A stretch of 39,113 bases of DNA from Candidatus Uhrbacteria bacterium (GTDB lineage: Bacteria; Patescibacteriota; Patescibacteriia; JACQRZ01), in assembly GCA_016206235.1 (NCBI GenBank), contig JACQRZ010000019.1, positions 1 to 39,113 on the forward strand. Reading direction: 5' to 3'. A program made the translations under genes and the position numbers. Positions 36,984-39,113 of this stretch are shown here, piece after piece; within the stretch, counting starts at the first letter, position 1, and every line of letters starts with the position of its first letter. A model generated the notes under the pieces. It had not been told where the DNA came from and did not search any database. It saw only the letters and a list, made by a program, of their open reading frames with translations.

Positions 36984-37352
36984 ATGTCATGGGTATAGCA
37001 TATCAATATTGAGCAGGGCGGAGGCGAGCGTAGTCTCCAAGAACTTATCACCAGCGAACCTTTAACTCTTGAGCAACTGACATCTGAGAAGCTCGAGGAC
37101 GTTTTCAATTTCTATGTGAACGGCGTGCGGAACGGCACGCATGGAGATGATCTTTTGCGATCAATGGCGAATGAGAGAAATTTCGAGTCGATATGCGCGA
37201 CAGCGCTCATGCGTATTTTAACGATTCGCATTGATCAGAACCCCCAGAACACTGCTTCGCGTAAAGAGATGCGTAACCGATTGATCCCGCTTCTGAAAAC
37301 AATTGTCCGCAACCGAGCGCATGCGCGCCGCACTGACGATCCATTAAAATAG
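36984..37352 (+). CDS. Hypothetical protein, possibly interrupted by an in-frame TAG at 36996-36998
   Basis: The frame of the listed 37116 ORF stays open upstream to 36999. An in-frame ATG at 36984 lies four codons before the TAG. Confidence 0.35.
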
Positions 37353-37377
37353 AACTTCAAGCGGTATAATGGAAAGT

Positions 37378-37585
37378 ATGACTAAAGAACAATTACGACC
37401 TAAAGGTGCAATTGGTATTTACATTGTTCATAACAGTTCTATTTTTCTTTTGTTGAGAAACTCCAATCATGCAGGAGGCGCAACATTATACATGGCTCGC
37501 GCCTTCAGATATAAAGATAAAGAGATTGAGGTTGCTTCCTGGATTTGATAAGGTTTTAAAGCGCGTGCTACCGCTGACGCAATAA
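37378..37585 (+). pseudogene. Remnant of a NUDIX hydrolase
   Basis: Begins MTKEQLRPKGAIGIYIVHNSSIFLLLRNSNHAGG. Another frame gives HYTWLAPSDI...LLPGFDKVL. No Nudix box between them. Confidence 0.5.
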
Positions 37586-37606
37586 ACATATAAACTGCCA
37601 AAGACT

Positions 37607-38065
37607 ATGGACAATTGCATTTTTTGCAAAATAACGGCTGGCGAAATACCTGCCGCAAAAATTTGGGAAGACAATGATTTTCTTGCCGTACTTGATGTAA
37701 ACCCTAATACTAAAGGAATGGCGCTGGTGCTTCCAAAAACTCATTATGACTCTTACGCCTTTGATATGCCCGACGATGTCTATTCACGTTTTTTAAATGC
37801 AGCAAAAACGGTTGGAAAAATTCTGGAAAAAGGATTAGCGGTGCAACGAGTTGCAATGGTTATTGAGGGTATGGGTGTGAACCACGCGCATATCAAGCTC
37901 TATCCGCTCCATGGACTAACAGAAAAATTCCAGGAAATGTGGGCGCATGAAAGAGTGTATTTTGAAACCTACCAAGGATACCTTTCAACGCAGCTTGGCC
38001 CCCAAGCAGATATCGAAGAGCTCAATAAACTCGCAGATGAAATTAAACGAAATGCGGAAATATGA
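37607..38065 (+). CDS. HIT family nucleotide hydrolase
   Basis: CIFCKI..GEIP, LDVNP, VLPKTH, VNHAHIKLYP (third triad His replaced by Lys). Confidence 0.9.
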   Translation: MDNCIFCKITAGEIPAAKIWEDNDFLAVLDVNPNTKGMALVLPKTHYDSYAFDMPDDVYSRFLNAAKTVGKILEKGLAVQRVAMVIEGMGVNHAHIKLYPLHGLTEKFQEMWAHERVYFETYQGYLSTQLGPQADIEELNKLADEIKRNAEI

Positions 38066-38553
38066 TGCAACCACAACAAAACACGGAAAGCTATCAGCAA
38101 ATGGATTTGCGCCGAGGCATTGATTACATCGGCGTAACGTGCGCGTTTTGGTGTCACGACGGCAATGGCAGAATACTCATGCATAAGCGTGGTGAACAGT
38201 GCCGCGATGAGCAGGGAAGGTGGGATTGCGGAGGTGGCTCTATGGAGTTCGGCGAGACATTTGAAGAATGTATTCAAAGAGAACTCATGGAAGAGTATGG
38301 CACTGAGCCGCTGGAAATGAAACGCTTTTTAGTCGACAATGTGTTGCGCGAGCATAACGGAAAACAGACGCATTGGATCAAAATAGTGTATTGGGTGTTG
38401 GTTGATCCTTCAAAAGTCACAAATGCAGAGCCAGACAAACATGAATGTCTTGGCTGGTTTACGTTCGACACCTTGCCTTCACCTCTTCATTCACAAGTGG
38501 AAGTTGAAGTTGAAACACTGAAAAATTTTCTCCTTGGAAATGCTGCACTATGA
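38062..38553 (+). CDS. NUDIX hydrolase
   Basis: Nudix box [34 protein letters not shown]. Confidence 0.9.
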   Translation: MMQPQQNTESYQQMDLRRGIDYIGVTCAFWCHDGNGRILMHKRGEQCRDEQGRWDCGGGSMEFGETFEECIQRELMEEYGTEPLEMKRFLVDNVLREHNGKQTHWIKIVYWVLVDPSKVTNAEPDKHECLGWFTFDTLPSPLHSQVEVEVETLKNFLLGNAAL

Positions 38554-39107
38554 TCTACTGTATTACAGGAAACAAAGATAAGTTTAGCGAAGTAAAGGCG
38601 ATAGTGCACCATGTTGAGCAGCGCGATATCGACTTGCCGGAGATCCAAGAGCTTGACGCGCGAGAAGTTGTCAAAGCAAAACTCCAAGAAGCCCTGAAAG
38701 TTGTCCAAGGGGACATTGTTGTCGAAGACACATCGTTGTACCTCCATTGCCTCAAGGGATTGCCCGGCCCATTTATCAAGTTGTTTTTAAAGACCATTGG
38801 CAACGAAGGTTTAGTAGAGTTGGCAGTAAAGTACGGAGACGCACGCGCAACAGCAAGGACAGTTGTGGGCTACGTTACAAGCGCGGGAGAAATACATTTT
38901 TTTGAAGGAGCGCTCGAAGGAACTATTGTGGCTCCGAGGGGAGAGAACGATTTTGGTTGGGGCCCTATTTTCCAGCCGGAAGGATATTCCAAAACGTTTG
39001 GCGAAATGTCTCGAGAAGAAAAAAACGCAGTCAGCATGCGCGGCAGCGCACTTCGTAAGCTCAAGGAATATCTCAATGCCAAGAAAAGTGATATACTTAC
39101 AGAATGA
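38550..39107 (+). CDS. rdgB: Non-canonical purine NTP pyrophosphatase (HAM1/RdgB/ITPase family)
   Basis: ITGNKDK, LPEIQ, VEDTSL, LPGPFIK, PRG..FGWGPIF, KNAVSMR. Confidence 0.88.
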   Translation: MIYCITGNKDKFSEVKAIVHHVEQRDIDLPEIQELDAREVVKAKLQEALKVVQGDIVVEDTSLYLHCLKGLPGPFIKLFLKTIGNEGLVELAVKYGDARATARTVVGYVTSAGEIHFFEGALEGTIVAPRGENDFGWGPIFQPEGYSKTFGEMSREEKNAVSMRGSALRKLKEYLNAKKSDILTE

Positions 39108-39113
39108 GTAATC

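Noticed and set aside
37607..39107. HIT-NUDIX-HAM1 cluster as a novel defence system
   Set aside because: All three are ordinary nucleotide-sanitising families, and no sensor or effector gene is visible within the window.
1..39113. Stop-codon reassignment (TGA as in code 25, or TAG), prompted by two suspicious TAGs
   Set aside because: Many conserved genes end correctly at TAG (glyQS, parA, ctpA, ftsW, murC, murB, aguA) or TGA (parB, murG, rdgB), and the long genes have no internal stops.

Overview
This is a core-genome window from a bacterium using the standard genetic code. Gene content points to Patescibacteria (CPR); that assignment is inferred from the alpha2-type GlyRS, the type IV pilus genes with a degenerate PilT, the compact dcw cluster and the scarcity of Shine-Dalgarno motifs. 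In order, the window holds: pilO-like/pilB/pilT; pyrC-pyrD; glyQS; an M16 peptidase; gpmI; a tRNA-rich accessory patch (tRNA-Leu, initiator and elongator tRNA-Met, a PurN-like formyltransferase, two gene remnants, Glu/Leu/Phe/Val dehydrogenase, zwf); parAB-murA-ctpA; rpmA; the cluster mraY-murD-ftsW-murG-GT2-murC-murB, which runs directly into a decarboxylase/aguB/aguA putrescine module; secA; an MNT-HEPN module; and HIT/NUDIX/HAM1 nucleotide-sanitising genes. The most interesting signals are small DNA elements. (1) Two palindromic elements share CCCGTTAGAG...CTCTAACGGG ends. One sits in frame inside pyrD next to the catalytic loop, and the other splits an ATGA stop/start overlap between parB and murA. 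(2) A 190-bp non-coding element appears integrated into the 3' end of the initiator tRNA. (3) A ~270-bp multi-hairpin element has terminal inverted repeats. (4) Eleven degenerate 7-bp (one 8-bp) period arrays lie at gene junctions. All calls come from reading motifs by eye; no database searches were run.
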